Shown here one piece after another: positions 37,766 to 48,362 of a stretch of 64,000 nt of DNA. Both the position numbers and the translations under genes were made by a program. This DNA is from a virus. Position 1 is the stretch's first letter; the number at the start of each line of letters is the position of its first letter. The notes beneath the pieces are model-generated. The model searched no databases. It was not told the origin of the DNA and saw nothing but the letters and a program-made list of their open reading frames with translations. The DNA lies in IMG/VR virus record IMGVR_UViG_3300044729_002129, positions 54,056-118,055 of that record; one strand, 5' to 3'.

Positions 37766-40054
37766 TTATAGAGCACAAGCTCCGCTTTCACAACCGGATT
37801 CTTGTACTACTGGTTGTTTTATTTCCGTCTTTTTTTCATCCATGGCGGTTTGTTTGTCGCCATCATCAGTATTAGCATAATACAAATTCTTCAATCCATA
37901 CTTGTAGGCCAATAACATATCCTTAATTACTTCTTGAACAGGAACTTTATTCTTCTCATAACGGGATGGGATATAGTAAGTATTTGTACTAATACTCATA
38001 TCTGTAAATTTTTGAATAGCTGCTGCTACCTTTAAATAACCCTCATTGTTTGGCATATCAAAAGCAAATGTATAATTTTCCTTGTACTTATCAATATTTG
38101 GAATTACTACTGGCAAAATATTGCTCTTGCTACCCTTGAAGCTAATAGCACTACGCGGTGGTTCAATACCATTGGTGCTGCTTTGAATTACTGAACTTGA
38201 TTCTACAGGCATACATGCGGTAAGTGTACTATGACGCATTCCGTGTTTTTTAACTTCTGCACGTAAAGCCTCCCAATCACAATGTAAAGGTTCAGTGATA
38301 AATTCATCAACGTCTCTCTTATAAGTATCAATTGGCAATACTCCTTGACTGAACTTAGTACGATCAAACTTTTCACACTTACCAAACTCTTTAGCCATTT
38401 CAACGCTAGCCTTGATTAAATAATAACTGGTCTTTTCCATCCACTTGGCAACAAAGTTAGGAGCATCCTTATCCCAATACTTCAATCCTTCTTTAGCCAA
38501 TAGAGCAGCCAAATTACTTACACCTACACCAAGACTACGACGTTTCTTAGCAAAGTTTTCTGCGGCTGGTACGAAATAATCTTGATGTTCAATCAAAGCA
38601 TCCAACATTCTAACAATAATGTCACAGACACTTTCCATTTCTTCATCATCTTTGATCTCCAACCAATTCAATGCTGCCAAGATACAAACGCCGATTTCAC
38701 CATTCTTATCATTAACATCGGTGATTGGAATCAATGGATGATTAACTTCAAGACATAGATTGCTTGTATCTACTTGATCAAGCCAACTACCATGTTCATT
38801 TGCGTGGTCTACGAACATTGTATAAATACGTCCAGTTTCAAGACGTTCTTTGGCAAGTAGTCCCATCAATTCACGAGCAGGTACCTTCTTCTTGAACTTA
38901 ATATTCTTGTTTTCTTCAGCCTTTTCATACTTTTCTTTGAATCCTTCTAGTCCAAAGGTATTCCATAGTGAAGGACATTCATGATAACTGAATAGTGTCA
39001 CATCCTGATTCTTTAAGAAACGTTCAAATATTAGTTTATCCAAACCAATACAATAATCTAGCTTACGTACACGATTATCATCAGTTCCTTGATTATTCTT
39101 TAGTACAAGAATATCTAGAATATCATAGTGGAACCAAGCAAAGTTGACGGTGGCACTACCACCACGAATACCATTTTGGTGACAACTCTTTACGGTAGAT
39201 TCAAATGCTTTAGCAAACGGAATTGGTCCGGTGTGCATTACTTCACCATTTCTGATAGGAGCATTTGTAGCACGTAGTCTTGATAGATTCAATCCAATAC
39301 CATAACGACTTGCGGTGGCAAAACCAACTGCACTATTGTTACTGAAAATACTACGTAGATCATCATCGACCGTGAATAGTGAACATGAAGCATAACTCTT
39401 CATTACCGTTCTTACTCCAGCCATAATTGGAGTAGGCAGATTAATCTTGTGTTTACTAAAATAGTTGTACGCTTTCTTGACATAATCCAATCGACCTTCT
39501 TTATAGTCTTTGAAAAAAGTCATTGCGATCAACATATATGCAAACTGAGGAGTTTCGTAAATCTTCTTGGTAGCACGATTTTGTACTAAATATTTATCGC
39601 ACAATTGTTTGATACCAGCATACGTAAAGTTAAAATCACGATCATGCTTTAGATATTCATCTAGTTTATCAAACTCTTGTTTACTATACCAGTTCAGAAT
39701 TTCTTCATCATAAACCAATGAGTCAATATTAGCTTTTACTAGATCATATAGTTTTGGTGGATTTTTACCTCCCCAAACTTCTTTACGAAGTTGATAATTC
39801 ATCAATCGTGAAGCAACATATTGATAATTTGGTTTTTCTTCACTAATCAAATTAGCAGACGCTTCAATCAACATCTTGTGAATATCTTTTGAATTCATGC
39901 CATCAAAGAATGACAAATGTGCATTCATTGCGACTTCTTCAAAACCAACACCTTTGATTTCATCTGTGGCCCATTGTAAAACCTTATTGATTTTATCTGC
40001 GTTAAACTTTTCTGTCTTGCCACTGCGCTTCTTAATAAAAATTTCTTTGTTCAT
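37766..40054 (-). CDS. nrdA: Ribonucleotide reductase class Ia alpha subunit with ATP cone
   Basis: IKKRSG ATP cone, PTPIMAG, SCSL, SNLCLE, MPVESSS, LYY, C-terminal CESGAC. Confidence 0.97.
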   Translation of the reverse strand: MNKEIFIKKRSGKTEKFNADKINKVLQWATDEIKGVGFEEVAMNAHLSFFDGMNSKDIHKMLIEASANLISEEKPNYQYVASRLMNYQLRKEVWGGKNPPKLYDLVKANIDSLVYDEEILNWYSKQEFDKLDEYLKHDRDFNFTYAGIKQLCDKYLVQNRATKKIYETPQFAYMLIAMTFFKDYKEGRLDYVKKAYNYFSKHKINLPTPIMAGVRTVMKSYASCSLFTVDDDLRSIFSNNSAVGFATASRYGIGLNLSRLRATNAPIRNGEVMHTGPIPFAKAFESTVKSCHQNGIRGGSATVNFAWFHYDILDILVLKNNQGTDDNRVRKLDYCIGLDKLIFERFLKNQDVTLFSYHECPSLWNTFGLEGFKEKYEKAEENKNIKFKKKVPARELMGLLAKERLETGRIYTMFVDHANEHGSWLDQVDTSNLCLEVNHPLIPITDVNDKNGEIGVCILAALNWLEIKDDEEMESVCDIIVRMLDALIEHQDYFVPAAENFAKKRRSLGVGVSNLAALLAKEGLKYWDKDAPNFVAKWMEKTSYYLIKASVEMAKEFGKCEKFDRTKFSQGVLPIDTYKRDVDEFITEPLHCDWEALRAEVKKHGMRHSTLTACMPVESSSVIQSSTNGIEPPRSAISFKGSKSNILPVVIPNIDKYKENYTFAFDMPNNEGYLKVAAAIQKFTDMSISTNTYYIPSRYEKNKVPVQEVIKDMLLAYKYGLKNLYYANTDDGDKQTAMDEKKTEIKQPVVQESGCESGACAL

Positions 40055-40162
40055 AAAATATATTGGTAAAAGATAACTATTCTTCAATAGTCTCTTTGAT
40101 CCATGTTGTGACTAACTTTTTTAAGTTTTTTTTGATACTTTTTTTATAATCACAACTATGAA

Positions 40163-41551
40163 TTATTCGTCTCCATCTTCAGAACTGCTATGAGCGTTCC
40201 ACTTATTCTTCAATGCCTTCTTGACTTGGTTTTCACCATTCATCATTTCATTTTGAAGTGCTAATCCTTCTCTTGAAGATTCGCTGAATATTTCAATCTG
40301 ACCACATCCAGCGTTCATCTTACTTGGGAATGTCAAACCATCTGGTCCAAATCGATTCTTAATAATATGGAATCGAGCAGTATTGCTAACTTTATCATTA
40401 ACCTTACGGCTTAGTGACATAACGAAGTCAGCAGTCATGATCTTACGATAACTATCTGAAATGTTGTTAGCCTGAATGATATCTTCTTCCATAGCAGCAC
40501 GATTACTTTGAGAAGCACTCCAAATAGGAACTTGTAGTTCTCCAGCTACAGCACGAAGTTCTTCATAAATACCACCAGCTTCTTGATAACTATTGCTGTT
40601 ACGATCACTATTGATTGGACGTAGAATATCTGCGTAGTCAACAATAATCATATCTACCTTAGTACCCAACATAGCCAATCGTTCACAATGAGCCTTCAAG
40701 CTGTGAGCTGATACAGTCTTGATTGGAAAATACTTAATAATTAGTTTACCAGGCACTTGCGCAATTTTCTCACGTACTACTGAGATGTTGTTACGAATAT
40801 TTTGGAAATCAATTCCGGTAAAACAAGCGTCATAACGTAGACCCACATAGTTTTCATTCAACTCAAGAGTGAAATGAATTACATTTTTACCTTGTTTCAT
40901 TGCTTCGGCACCTAGTTTACATAGTACCCAACTCTTACCACTACCAGCACAAGCTGTAATAATTCCAAGTTCACCAGGTCCAAGACCGCCATCCATCAAA
41001 CCATCAATAACTTCCCACTTGGTATTGATAGAGCTACGAGCCATTACCGTCATTCGTTTTTCAACATCTTCACCATAATCATGACCAATATTTCGTTCCA
41101 TGCCAGCCTTAAGCGCTTCATCAAACTTGGTTTTGATTTTTTCATATTGACCAATCTTCAAATAGTCAACGCTTTCCATGATAGCGTTCTTTAACTTCTG
41201 ATTGATACAGAATTCTAGGAACTCTTCTTTGATAAACTTTAAATCGCCATCATTCATCTTTTGATAGATCAATTTAAGATTATCTACAATGCTCTTTTTG
41301 AGCACTTCATTGGTTACCACTTCCAATTTGACCTTAAACACATTAAGTGTTGGTAGATCACGATATTCATTAAAGTACTTAATACTTTCCTTGACAATCC
41401 ATTGATGAGCATCACTTTCAAAGAAGTCTGCTTCTACAATGTCACTAATACGTTCAATGAAGGGTCTATCGGATACAAGACCTGAGATACACTTAACTTG
41501 AAACTCACTTCCAAACTTCTTCAAGTTGTCAATAATATGCTTTTCGCTCAT
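40163..41551 (-). CDS. Replicative helicase (DnaB/gp41-like)
   Basis: GELGIITACAGSGKS, TLEL, IVDYAD, SASQSNR, KNRFG. Confidence 0.93.
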   Translation of the reverse strand: MSEKHIIDNLKKFGSEFQVKCISGLVSDRPFIERISDIVEADFFESDAHQWIVKESIKYFNEYRDLPTLNVFKVKLEVVTNEVLKKSIVDNLKLIYQKMNDGDLKFIKEEFLEFCINQKLKNAIMESVDYLKIGQYEKIKTKFDEALKAGMERNIGHDYGEDVEKRMTVMARSSINTKWEVIDGLMDGGLGPGELGIITACAGSGKSWVLCKLGAEAMKQGKNVIHFTLELNENYVGLRYDACFTGIDFQNIRNNISVVREKIAQVPGKLIIKYFPIKTVSAHSLKAHCERLAMLGTKVDMIIVDYADILRPINSDRNSNSYQEAGGIYEELRAVAGELQVPIWSASQSNRAAMEEDIIQANNISDSYRKIMTADFVMSLSRKVNDKVSNTARFHIIKNRFGPDGLTFPSKMNAGCGQIEIFSESSREGLALQNEMMNGENQVKKALKNKWNAHSSSEDGDE

Positions 41552-41639
41552 GATATATTCTTTCTATGTTTTGTTAATACGACACCATTAGTCTACACCG
41601 AAGTGTGTAGAATCCAACTTATTTTATAAACTATCGATC

Positions 41640-42707
41640 TTACAATACGAAACTATTGAGTTTGCCCCAAGTTTCATTCAACCATACCATATAGTTTGGT
41701 AGGTTATTCCACATTTTATCCTCAGTGATAAGTCTGCTGAATGTCATCTTATCAATCTTAGGAACTTGTTTTTTAATTATCTCCTCAATTCTTAGCTGCG
41801 TAAATGATTGAATGCTTGTAGCTTTTAATTGCATCAATTCATAATTACGTTCAATTAAGAGTTTGTTATCTAGTACACGTTCATAGATTTTATACTTACT
41901 CTTGTAATTTTCAGAGTAATTATAGATCTCTTGCAATGTTACTTGTTTATCGTCAGCCAAAAATGGATATGCCTGAAGAACTCGCTTTATTCCAACGCCA
42001 TCAATGCCAGGAATGTTATCACTAACGTCTCCCTCCAAGACTCTGTAAAAGATAAAGTTATTGCATGTAATACCATATTCATCTACAATTTCTTTGCACC
42101 CAAAGATTTTCTTTTTGACAGGACTCCAGATCTTAACTCTTTCGCTTGCCAATTGTAGAAAGTCTTTGTCTGTAGACATGATAGTTACGTTGCTGTCCTT
42201 GAACGTATCTTCAGCCAAATATGCAATAGTATCGTCAGCTTCAATATTATCAATAGCCATTACAGTTACTGGTAATACTTCAAGATAACTAACCAAACGC
42301 ATCAATTCGATTTGAAGATTTTTCTGTTCAAGTTCAGATGAACTCAATTCTTCATATGTTCTGTTGAACTTGATTTTTGTCTTACGTCCCTTTTTGTAAT
42401 CGGGATAAATCTTACGACGTTTTTGTGAACCACCCGATCCATCAAATACGACAATTACTCTAGTTGGATTAATTAATTTAATAGCATAACCAATACTCTT
42501 GAGGAAGCCAGCAATTCCTCCGGTATGCATTCCATCATCATTCATCGATGGCACCGCCATAAACGAACGAATGAAAGTATTTAATCCATCGACTAAGAGG
42601 ATGTCGGAGTTAGTAGTTTTTTGAATACCACTATCACCGACACCCCCTTTTACGTTCTCAAAAAGAGAGAACAGTCTTTGTTTTTCACTGGAAGTGAATC
42701 CACTCAT
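41640..42707 (-). CDS. 5'-3' exonuclease / RNase H (T4 rnh, FEN-like)
   Basis: LLVDG, VFDG, YK.GR, EADD, STDKD, GDVSDNIPG. Confidence 0.92.
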   Translation of the reverse strand: MSGFTSSEKQRLFSLFENVKGGVGDSGIQKTTNSDILLVDGLNTFIRSFMAVPSMNDDGMHTGGIAGFLKSIGYAIKLINPTRVIVVFDGSGGSQKRRKIYPDYKKGRKTKIKFNRTYEELSSSELEQKNLQIELMRLVSYLEVLPVTVMAIDNIEADDTIAYLAEDTFKDSNVTIMSTDKDFLQLASERVKIWSPVKKKIFGCKEIVDEYGITCNNFIFYRVLEGDVSDNIPGIDGVGIKRVLQAYPFLADDKQVTLQEIYNYSENYKSKYKIYERVLDNKLLIERNYELMQLKATSIQSFTQLRIEEIIKKQVPKIDKMTFSRLITEDKMWNNLPNYMVWLNETWGKLNSFVL

Positions 42708-43837
42708 TATTCTTCGCCAGCATCGCCTTCGTCTGTAGATACTTGTGCATCTTCAACGATTTGGCTGTTTGGATCTTTGTACTTCATGACACATGCATCA
42801 CAAATCTTCAAGTAAATTTCTTCCTTTAGATTTGGATCTGATTGTAATGTTGAAATGAAATCCTTTGATTGGAATCTCCATTCAGTACCATCAGACTTTT
42901 GATACGTGTAATATGCACCACCCTGTTTTACAAGATTAGCATCTTTCATAACTTTAATCCAACTACTAAAGTCGGCAATTCCGCTGTCATAATAGATATC
43001 AAATGCAGCCTGACGTTGTGGTGGACCCATACGATTCTTAATCACAACGGCTTTACACTCGTTACCAATGACAACTTCACCCTTCTTTAGTTTGCCTGTA
43101 TTGTTCAAACGTACACGAACACTGCAATGATAAGCTAGAGCCTTACCACCACTTACTACATACTTGTCACCAAATGCCATAGCATTTAGATTTTGACGTA
43201 ACTGATTAGTAAAGATCAACAATACCTTTTGACGACCAATCATGTTGGTAATCTTACGCATTGCTTTGCTAATAATAATTGACTTACCAGTAGCATAACC
43301 ATCCTTACCATGATCACTTTCTAGTTCTGCTTTTGTAGAAGCAGCTGCGACAGAATCAACAATAATTGTTAATAGCAAATCTGGATAATCCTTACGGATA
43401 AACGTAATTGCTTTTTCAATTCTGTCGAAGATATCTTCTACAGTCTCAGCTTGAGAATACATTAACTTGCTTTTAGCCAAGTCAACTCCCAAACTCTTCC
43501 AGAATTCTCTGGATTCAGAGTTTTCTGTGTCAATGAATAGTGCTTTACCACCCTTTCGTTGAGTATCTGCAACAATGTGCGCACAGACCAAACTTTTTCC
43601 AGTTCCTTCAAGGCCTGTTAATTCAACGATACGTCCCACTGGCAAACCGCCGTGAGGACGATTACTAATCGCTAAATCAAGCATTGATGAACCAGTGCTT
43701 ACCCAATCACTAATTGTTGATGGATCTTCTTGTTCATCCAAAAAGAACGCAACTTTACCACCTTCTTTATTGGATTTGTTGAGTTCATCTGCCAATCTTT
43801 CTAGCAGATCATCTTTTTCTGTTGTTTTCTTTGCCAT
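42707..43837 (-). CDS. recA: RecA/UvsX recombinase
   Basis: STGSSMLD, GRIVELTGLEGTGKS, IVDSVAA, NQLR, GGKAL, KNR; start moved to ATG 43837. Confidence 0.95.
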   Translation of the reverse strand: MAKKTTEKDDLLERLADELNKSNKEGGKVAFFLDEQEDPSTISDWVSTGSSMLDLAISNRPHGGLPVGRIVELTGLEGTGKSLVCAHIVADTQRKGGKALFIDTENSESREFWKSLGVDLAKSKLMYSQAETVEDIFDRIEKAITFIRKDYPDLLLTIIVDSVAAASTKAELESDHGKDGYATGKSIIISKAMRKITNMIGRQKVLLIFTNQLRQNLNAMAFGDKYVVSGGKALAYHCSVRVRLNNTGKLKKGEVVIGNECKAVVIKNRMGPPQRQAAFDIYYDSGIADFSSWIKVMKDANLVKQGGAYYTYQKSDGTEWRFQSKDFISTLQSDPNLKEEIYLKICDACVMKYKDPNSQIVEDAQVSTDEGDAGEE

Positions 43838-43853
43838 AACGTATATAACTAGA

Positions 43854-43886
43854 AAGCCGGTGGGGTATAAAAACTCCACCGGCTTA
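43854..43886. terminator. Rho-independent terminator after the SSB gene
   Basis: AAGCCGGTGGGG-loop-CTCCACCGGCTT hairpin with T-tracts. Confidence 0.8.
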
Positions 43887-43896
43887 TTTTTATTTT

Positions 43897-44742
43897 TTAG
43901 GAGTTAAACAAATCATCAAATGCCTTGTTAACATCATCACTTGATCCAGCCTTAGCTTTAACTGCGGTTGGAGATGCTGTTACAGCGGCCTTTGGTGCTG
44001 TTGCGGTCTTAGCTGCGGTTGGAAACGGAGCTTCATCATCTGAGTCCGTTGCTGTAGCTGTTACAGCAGGATCAGCAGTGGTTTCGTCAGGATTCAACCA
44101 CTTATCCATAACATCCTTGAGTTCTTCATAGGATAGTTCTGGGAATAGATCCATAATGTTAACTTGAGACTTGAGAGCATCAAGTAGACTTGAATTGGTT
44201 GGATCTACAGCAACACTTGTATTTGGTTTAACACGAATGTTGGTTTCTGGGAAACTCTTGCCTGATTCATCACCAGTCTTGAATTCCACAACAATGTCAC
44301 GACCTGATGTGAGATCGGTAATATCACCGAAGTCAGGATCGCTGATGATGCTTAGAAGCTCTTGATAGACTTGCTTTCCAAATCCCCAGAACTTTACACC
44401 TTCTCCTTCTTCACCACGAACGATGACAGGAGCGAATGTACGCATCTTGGGTTCCATCTTCTTACCCATCTTCCACTCTTCCTTATCGCCGGTCTTCTTC
44501 AAACGATTTGAAAACTCAACGATTGGATCTGGACGACCAAAACTATCTGGACTCAAATAACTCTTACCATTTAGGTTATAGTGAAACTTAAGTTCGATAA
44601 ATGGATTCTCAGGGGAATACTTGTAAGGTACAATACGAACAACTTGCTTACCAGGCTTTGGCTTCCAAATTAGGTTGGATTTCTGGTTTGTGTTTGAAAG
44701 TGAGTTCAAACGGCTCTTTAGCTTACTAATGTCTAGTCCCAT
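43897..44742 (-). CDS. Single-stranded DNA-binding protein (gp32-like)
   Basis: WKP..G..VRIVP, KFWGFGK, D.TD..SGRD, acidic C-terminal FDDLF. Confidence 0.88.
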   Translation of the reverse strand: MGLDISKLKSRLNSLSNTNQKSNLIWKPKPGKQVVRIVPYKYSPENPFIELKFHYNLNGKSYLSPDSFGRPDPIVEFSNRLKKTGDKEEWKMGKKMEPKMRTFAPVIVRGEEGEGVKFWGFGKQVYQELLSIISDPDFGDITDLTSGRDIVVEFKTGDESGKSFPETNIRVKPNTSVAVDPTNSSLLDALKSQVNIMDLFPELSYEELKDVMDKWLNPDETTADPAVTATATDSDDEAPFPTAAKTATAPKAAVTASPTAVKAKAGSSDDVNKAFDDLFNS

Positions 44743-44822
44743 AATTATTTATTTATTAATTGTTTAATTGATAATTAGTTAATTCTTAATTCACTTAAAT
44801 CAAGATGTAACCAACTTGAATC

Positions 44823-44851
44823 ACTCTATACTAGGTACAAAGCAATGTCAA
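44823..44851 (-). promoter_or_regulatory. Sigma70-like promoter of the SSB gene
   Basis: TTGACA-N17-TAGAGT. Confidence 0.5.
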
Positions 44852-44868
44852 GCGTCATGTAATATATA

Positions 44869-45267
44869 TCAAATAGAAACGATATTAAATAATTTTAATG
44901 GAACGATTTTAACCCCGATTTCATTGGTTAAAATGATACTATCTTTGTATAAATCCCAACTCAATTGAAAGTTTTTATCGAACACACCATTGTTCTCATC
45001 AGCAATTAATTTATTCATCGCATTAAGAGTATACAGAGTGTTTGTTTGTTTTTTTCTATGCACACCAATTGTACCGGGATACTTTAATTTGTTATTAAAG
45101 TCCTTGACAATATTGAAAGTCAAATATATTTCCCGAAGATTCTTTTCATTAGCAAAAACAAATATACGATTATCTATCAACGTGTACGTTTGTTGGACTC
45201 CTTGTATTGCGGATTGATATTTTTGACTATCTGTAAATGTACAGAGTAGTTGTTTTTGTTCGTTCAT
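44869..45267 (-). CDS. Phage hypothetical protein
   Basis: LLCTF, HRKKQTNTLYTLNAMN motif familiar from large-phage proteins. Confidence 0.7.
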   Translation of the reverse strand: MNEQKQLLCTFTDSQKYQSAIQGVQQTYTLIDNRIFVFANEKNLREIYLTFNIVKDFNNKLKYPGTIGVHRKKQTNTLYTLNAMNKLIADENNGVFDKNFQLSWDLYKDSIILTNEIGVKIVPLKLFNIVSI

Positions 45268-45273
45268 ATTTGT

Positions 45274-47013
45274 CTATTCAGATACGGGTGTGTTGTCATT
45301 CAGTATCTTAGAAAAATCTATATTTATGTTATTACCACCAGCAATTCCATTAACAAATATATCTTCATTTTGTAAATCAACACCAAAGAAATCAATTACA
45401 TATTCAAACCCTTGTTTTATATATGTAATAATCTTTTCATAAATATCTGTGATAAACTTCCAGACATTTTGCAAAAACAATTTAACTTGATCAACAATTC
45501 CTTCAGTCAATACATCACCAGAATTTAATAATTCATTTATTTTTGTATACTTTTCCTTGTAGTCTTTAACTATTAAACCTACTACACTCCAGAAGTTATA
45601 CTCTCCTGTTTTTTCACCCTTCTTTTTAACAGAAGTTGATTTGAATCTTACCGAAACTTTTGTTGAATTAGCTACGCTATTGACAACCGTGTCATTGATT
45701 TGGTTGAAATAAATTGATTCACCATTCTTAGATACCGATAAAATATAATTTGCAATCGCAAATGATCCATTTGAAAATTTGTGTTCTCCAGTCATAGCCT
45801 CTCTTACAAAAGAATGTTTAAATGCTTGGTTTTGACTAAACACTGTATCTAAATATAACATTAAATCTTTATGAGCTTTATCGCCTGCATCCGCAATTAT
45901 TTTCACCTTCTTTTCTAATTCAGATTTAATATCAGATGGTTTTTTTCTTAACAAATCTTCAACACCACCTTCTACCGTTCTAGTGACTGAAACAAAGTTG
46001 TTTAACATTCCGGTTGCATTTTTAATAATTTCTGCGTCTACTGATGGAGTTGAATCAACAGCGGCCATAAACGTAGCCAAAGATTCATTTTTACCACCAG
46101 ACATTAGTTGAGATGGACCATATTTAACAGACGATTTAAAATCATTGATAATAACGTCAGTTTTAGGAGTGTTATCGGTTGCGTTATAAGATCTCCAGAA
46201 CTCACTTAAGTTTGCAGTTTCTCTACCAACACGTTGTGCATTTTTTAATTGACCAACAATTGGTTTTATAGAATTAGCAACTTTTTTAGCTACATTTTCA
46301 ATATCTTTGTCATATGGATATCCTCTATTGTATAAAGCATTTACAATAGCATCCTCTATATCCTCTGCATTTTCTTTTATGATTGATTGTATAATTGGAG
46401 ATTTAGTATATTCATCAAATACTTGTTCTCCGATTAACTGACCTTCGGTATTAAACCAAATCATTCCTTTTTTATAAAACCCATACTTTATAGCTTCATC
46501 TACACTATAATTAACCAATGGGGTTTGTCCTTGCAATATTGCAATATTTGCAACGGCATCTTGTTGTTTTTCTTTCGGAGTTCTATTATCAACTCTATCA
46601 TCGGCCTCTACACCTTTTTGAACTTCTTTATCTACTGATATAGTGTCAGGTTTTTCTTTTGGTTTTTCTTCAGTAGCACCAACTGATGATAAATCTCCCG
46701 GCGCAGAAAATATGTTTGCTTGAGCCTTCTTTGGATTTTCCGCAAAGTGTGTACCCTTATTTACAGCACGATCTCTGTACTCTTTGCTTGGAAATGTTAC
46801 TAGTATACCATCTTTATTATAAGCCTGACGATCAGGAAATCTACCAGCTTCAAATAAATTAGCGGTCTTATCAACAATCTCGTTAAGAGCGTAACCAGCT
46901 TTTTCCAAATACTCCTGCACAATAAAAACATGATCTGGGTTCTCTAATCTGAGAACACCATCTTTTATACGGGAATCACAACAAATATCATTTACAATAG
47001 ATCTAAAGTTCAT
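45274..47013 (-). CDS. Two-domain protein with a putative PD-(D/E)XK-like C-terminal domain
   Basis: TPKTDVII..SSVKYG.SQLMSGG; TATTTAT motif upstream. Confidence 0.5.
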   Translation of the reverse strand: MNFRSIVNDICCDSRIKDGVLRLENPDHVFIVQEYLEKAGYALNEIVDKTANLFEAGRFPDRQAYNKDGILVTFPSKEYRDRAVNKGTHFAENPKKAQANIFSAPGDLSSVGATEEKPKEKPDTISVDKEVQKGVEADDRVDNRTPKEKQQDAVANIAILQGQTPLVNYSVDEAIKYGFYKKGMIWFNTEGQLIGEQVFDEYTKSPIIQSIIKENAEDIEDAIVNALYNRGYPYDKDIENVAKKVANSIKPIVGQLKNAQRVGRETANLSEFWRSYNATDNTPKTDVIINDFKSSVKYGPSQLMSGGKNESLATFMAAVDSTPSVDAEIIKNATGMLNNFVSVTRTVEGGVEDLLRKKPSDIKSELEKKVKIIADAGDKAHKDLMLYLDTVFSQNQAFKHSFVREAMTGEHKFSNGSFAIANYILSVSKNGESIYFNQINDTVVNSVANSTKVSVRFKSTSVKKKGEKTGEYNFWSVVGLIVKDYKEKYTKINELLNSGDVLTEGIVDQVKLFLQNVWKFITDIYEKIITYIKQGFEYVIDFFGVDLQNEDIFVNGIAGGNNINIDFSKILNDNTPVSE

Positions 47014-47034
47014 CTATTATAAATATAATTAAAA

Positions 47035-48327
47035 TCAACGTAATTTCAAATCGTTGTAATTATTTCCAGTATATACCTTAACTTTGAACTTTTTATTCTT
47101 AATTATGTCAATAACATCTTGTATTGTGTGTTCATCAACCTCTGGACTTACATCAAATACAATAGAATCGTATACATACAATATTGGTACAATCTTCTTA
47201 TCAGTTACATATTTTAATACATTACCCAAGCTATTCAATCCATATTCGGTTTCTGTAGCCTGAATAATATATGCAAATAACTTGTTTTTATTAGGATCAC
47301 TGATGTGTTTTGATGTGATTTTCCGTTTATAAATCGGAGTAGAAACATATCCCTTTTTTTCAAACATTTCCCAATACTTGTTCTTTAATTCATCGGTTTT
47401 TGCAAAAAACGGAATGTTTAGATATTGATCTTTAATCTGACCGTACAAGTTAACCATCGTGAGTTTCTTAGATTTTGACATCAATTCTGAATCAACTTGG
47501 TCAATATTGTAATATTGTTTAGCCAGATGTTCATAAATGGTTTCTGTGTCGGGAACCTTATAATCAATAAGATTAGCCACAATATAAGGATGAAATCCAG
47601 TAAAGTCTACCATCATCAGATATCCATCATCATATCTGGATATAAAACTCTTTCTACAACCATCCTCTTTGTTTAGTGCAACATAATTAACACTATCAAA
47701 GTGATTACTAGGTCTACCTGTAGGGTTATATATGTTATACTCTGTATATACAAACTTGTTGTGTGTTTTTGCTTTGAAGTAGTTTTTGAAAATGGTTGTA
47801 TCTAATTTCAAACCATTCTTTTCAACCTCATACAATGTATCTGAAATGATGTTATTGAAGAATTTAAAGCAATAAGAGTCTTTGTTTTCAACATTTAGAC
47901 TTTCTACATGAATAAGTTCTTGATCAAAATCACGTTGATGATTTGCATATGGATATATCACATTGAACTGATTAATATCTCCAGTTCGAATCTTAATAGC
48001 AAAATACGCATCTGATTCTTCTTTAACAAGTACTTCATTGTCTTTTAAGAAACTGAATAGATTTACATCAATCAAATTACAATCCCCAAGAAAATACTTG
48101 TATCTCTTCTTATTGTTTACATATATCTCTCGGTCTGTCTTTTTTAGTAACTTTACAAAGTTATCATAAGTACTATCAACATTTACATCTGGGTGTGTAA
48201 AGTTAAAGTAATACTTTTCTTTGGTAATATAATCATAAACAAATGCAGCAATAACTTTATCACACGCAATATGCTTATTGGTGTTTTGAGTTATAAACTT
48301 TAGATATATTTGATTAGATAGATGCAC
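47035..48327 (-). CDS. Short family A DNA polymerase-like protein
   Basis: TGRPS, motif A VDFTGFHP, motif B KSKKLTMVNLYG, YIIQATE, motif C YVYDS; probable GTG start at 48327. Confidence 0.82.
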   Translation of the reverse strand: MHLSNQIYLKFITQNTNKHIACDKVIAAFVYDYITKEKYYFNFTHPDVNVDSTYDNFVKLLKKTDREIYVNNKKRYKYFLGDCNLIDVNLFSFLKDNEVLVKEESDAYFAIKIRTGDINQFNVIYPYANHQRDFDQELIHVESLNVENKDSYCFKFFNNIISDTLYEVEKNGLKLDTTIFKNYFKAKTHNKFVYTEYNIYNPTGRPSNHFDSVNYVALNKEDGCRKSFISRYDDGYLMMVDFTGFHPYIVANLIDYKVPDTETIYEHLAKQYYNIDQVDSELMSKSKKLTMVNLYGQIKDQYLNIPFFAKTDELKNKYWEMFEKKGYVSTPIYKRKITSKHISDPNKNKLFAYIIQATETEYGLNSLGNVLKYVTDKKIVPILYVYDSIVFDVSPEVDEHTIQDVIDIIKNKKFKVKVYTGNNYNDLKLR

Positions 48328-48362
48328 ACTACAACATTTACACAAATGTTCTAGAATGTCAA

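Noticed and set aside
586-43837. Inteins or introns in polB, nrdA, nrdB, helicase or recA
   Set aside because: Protein lengths are normal, motifs are contiguous, and no intein splice motifs were seen
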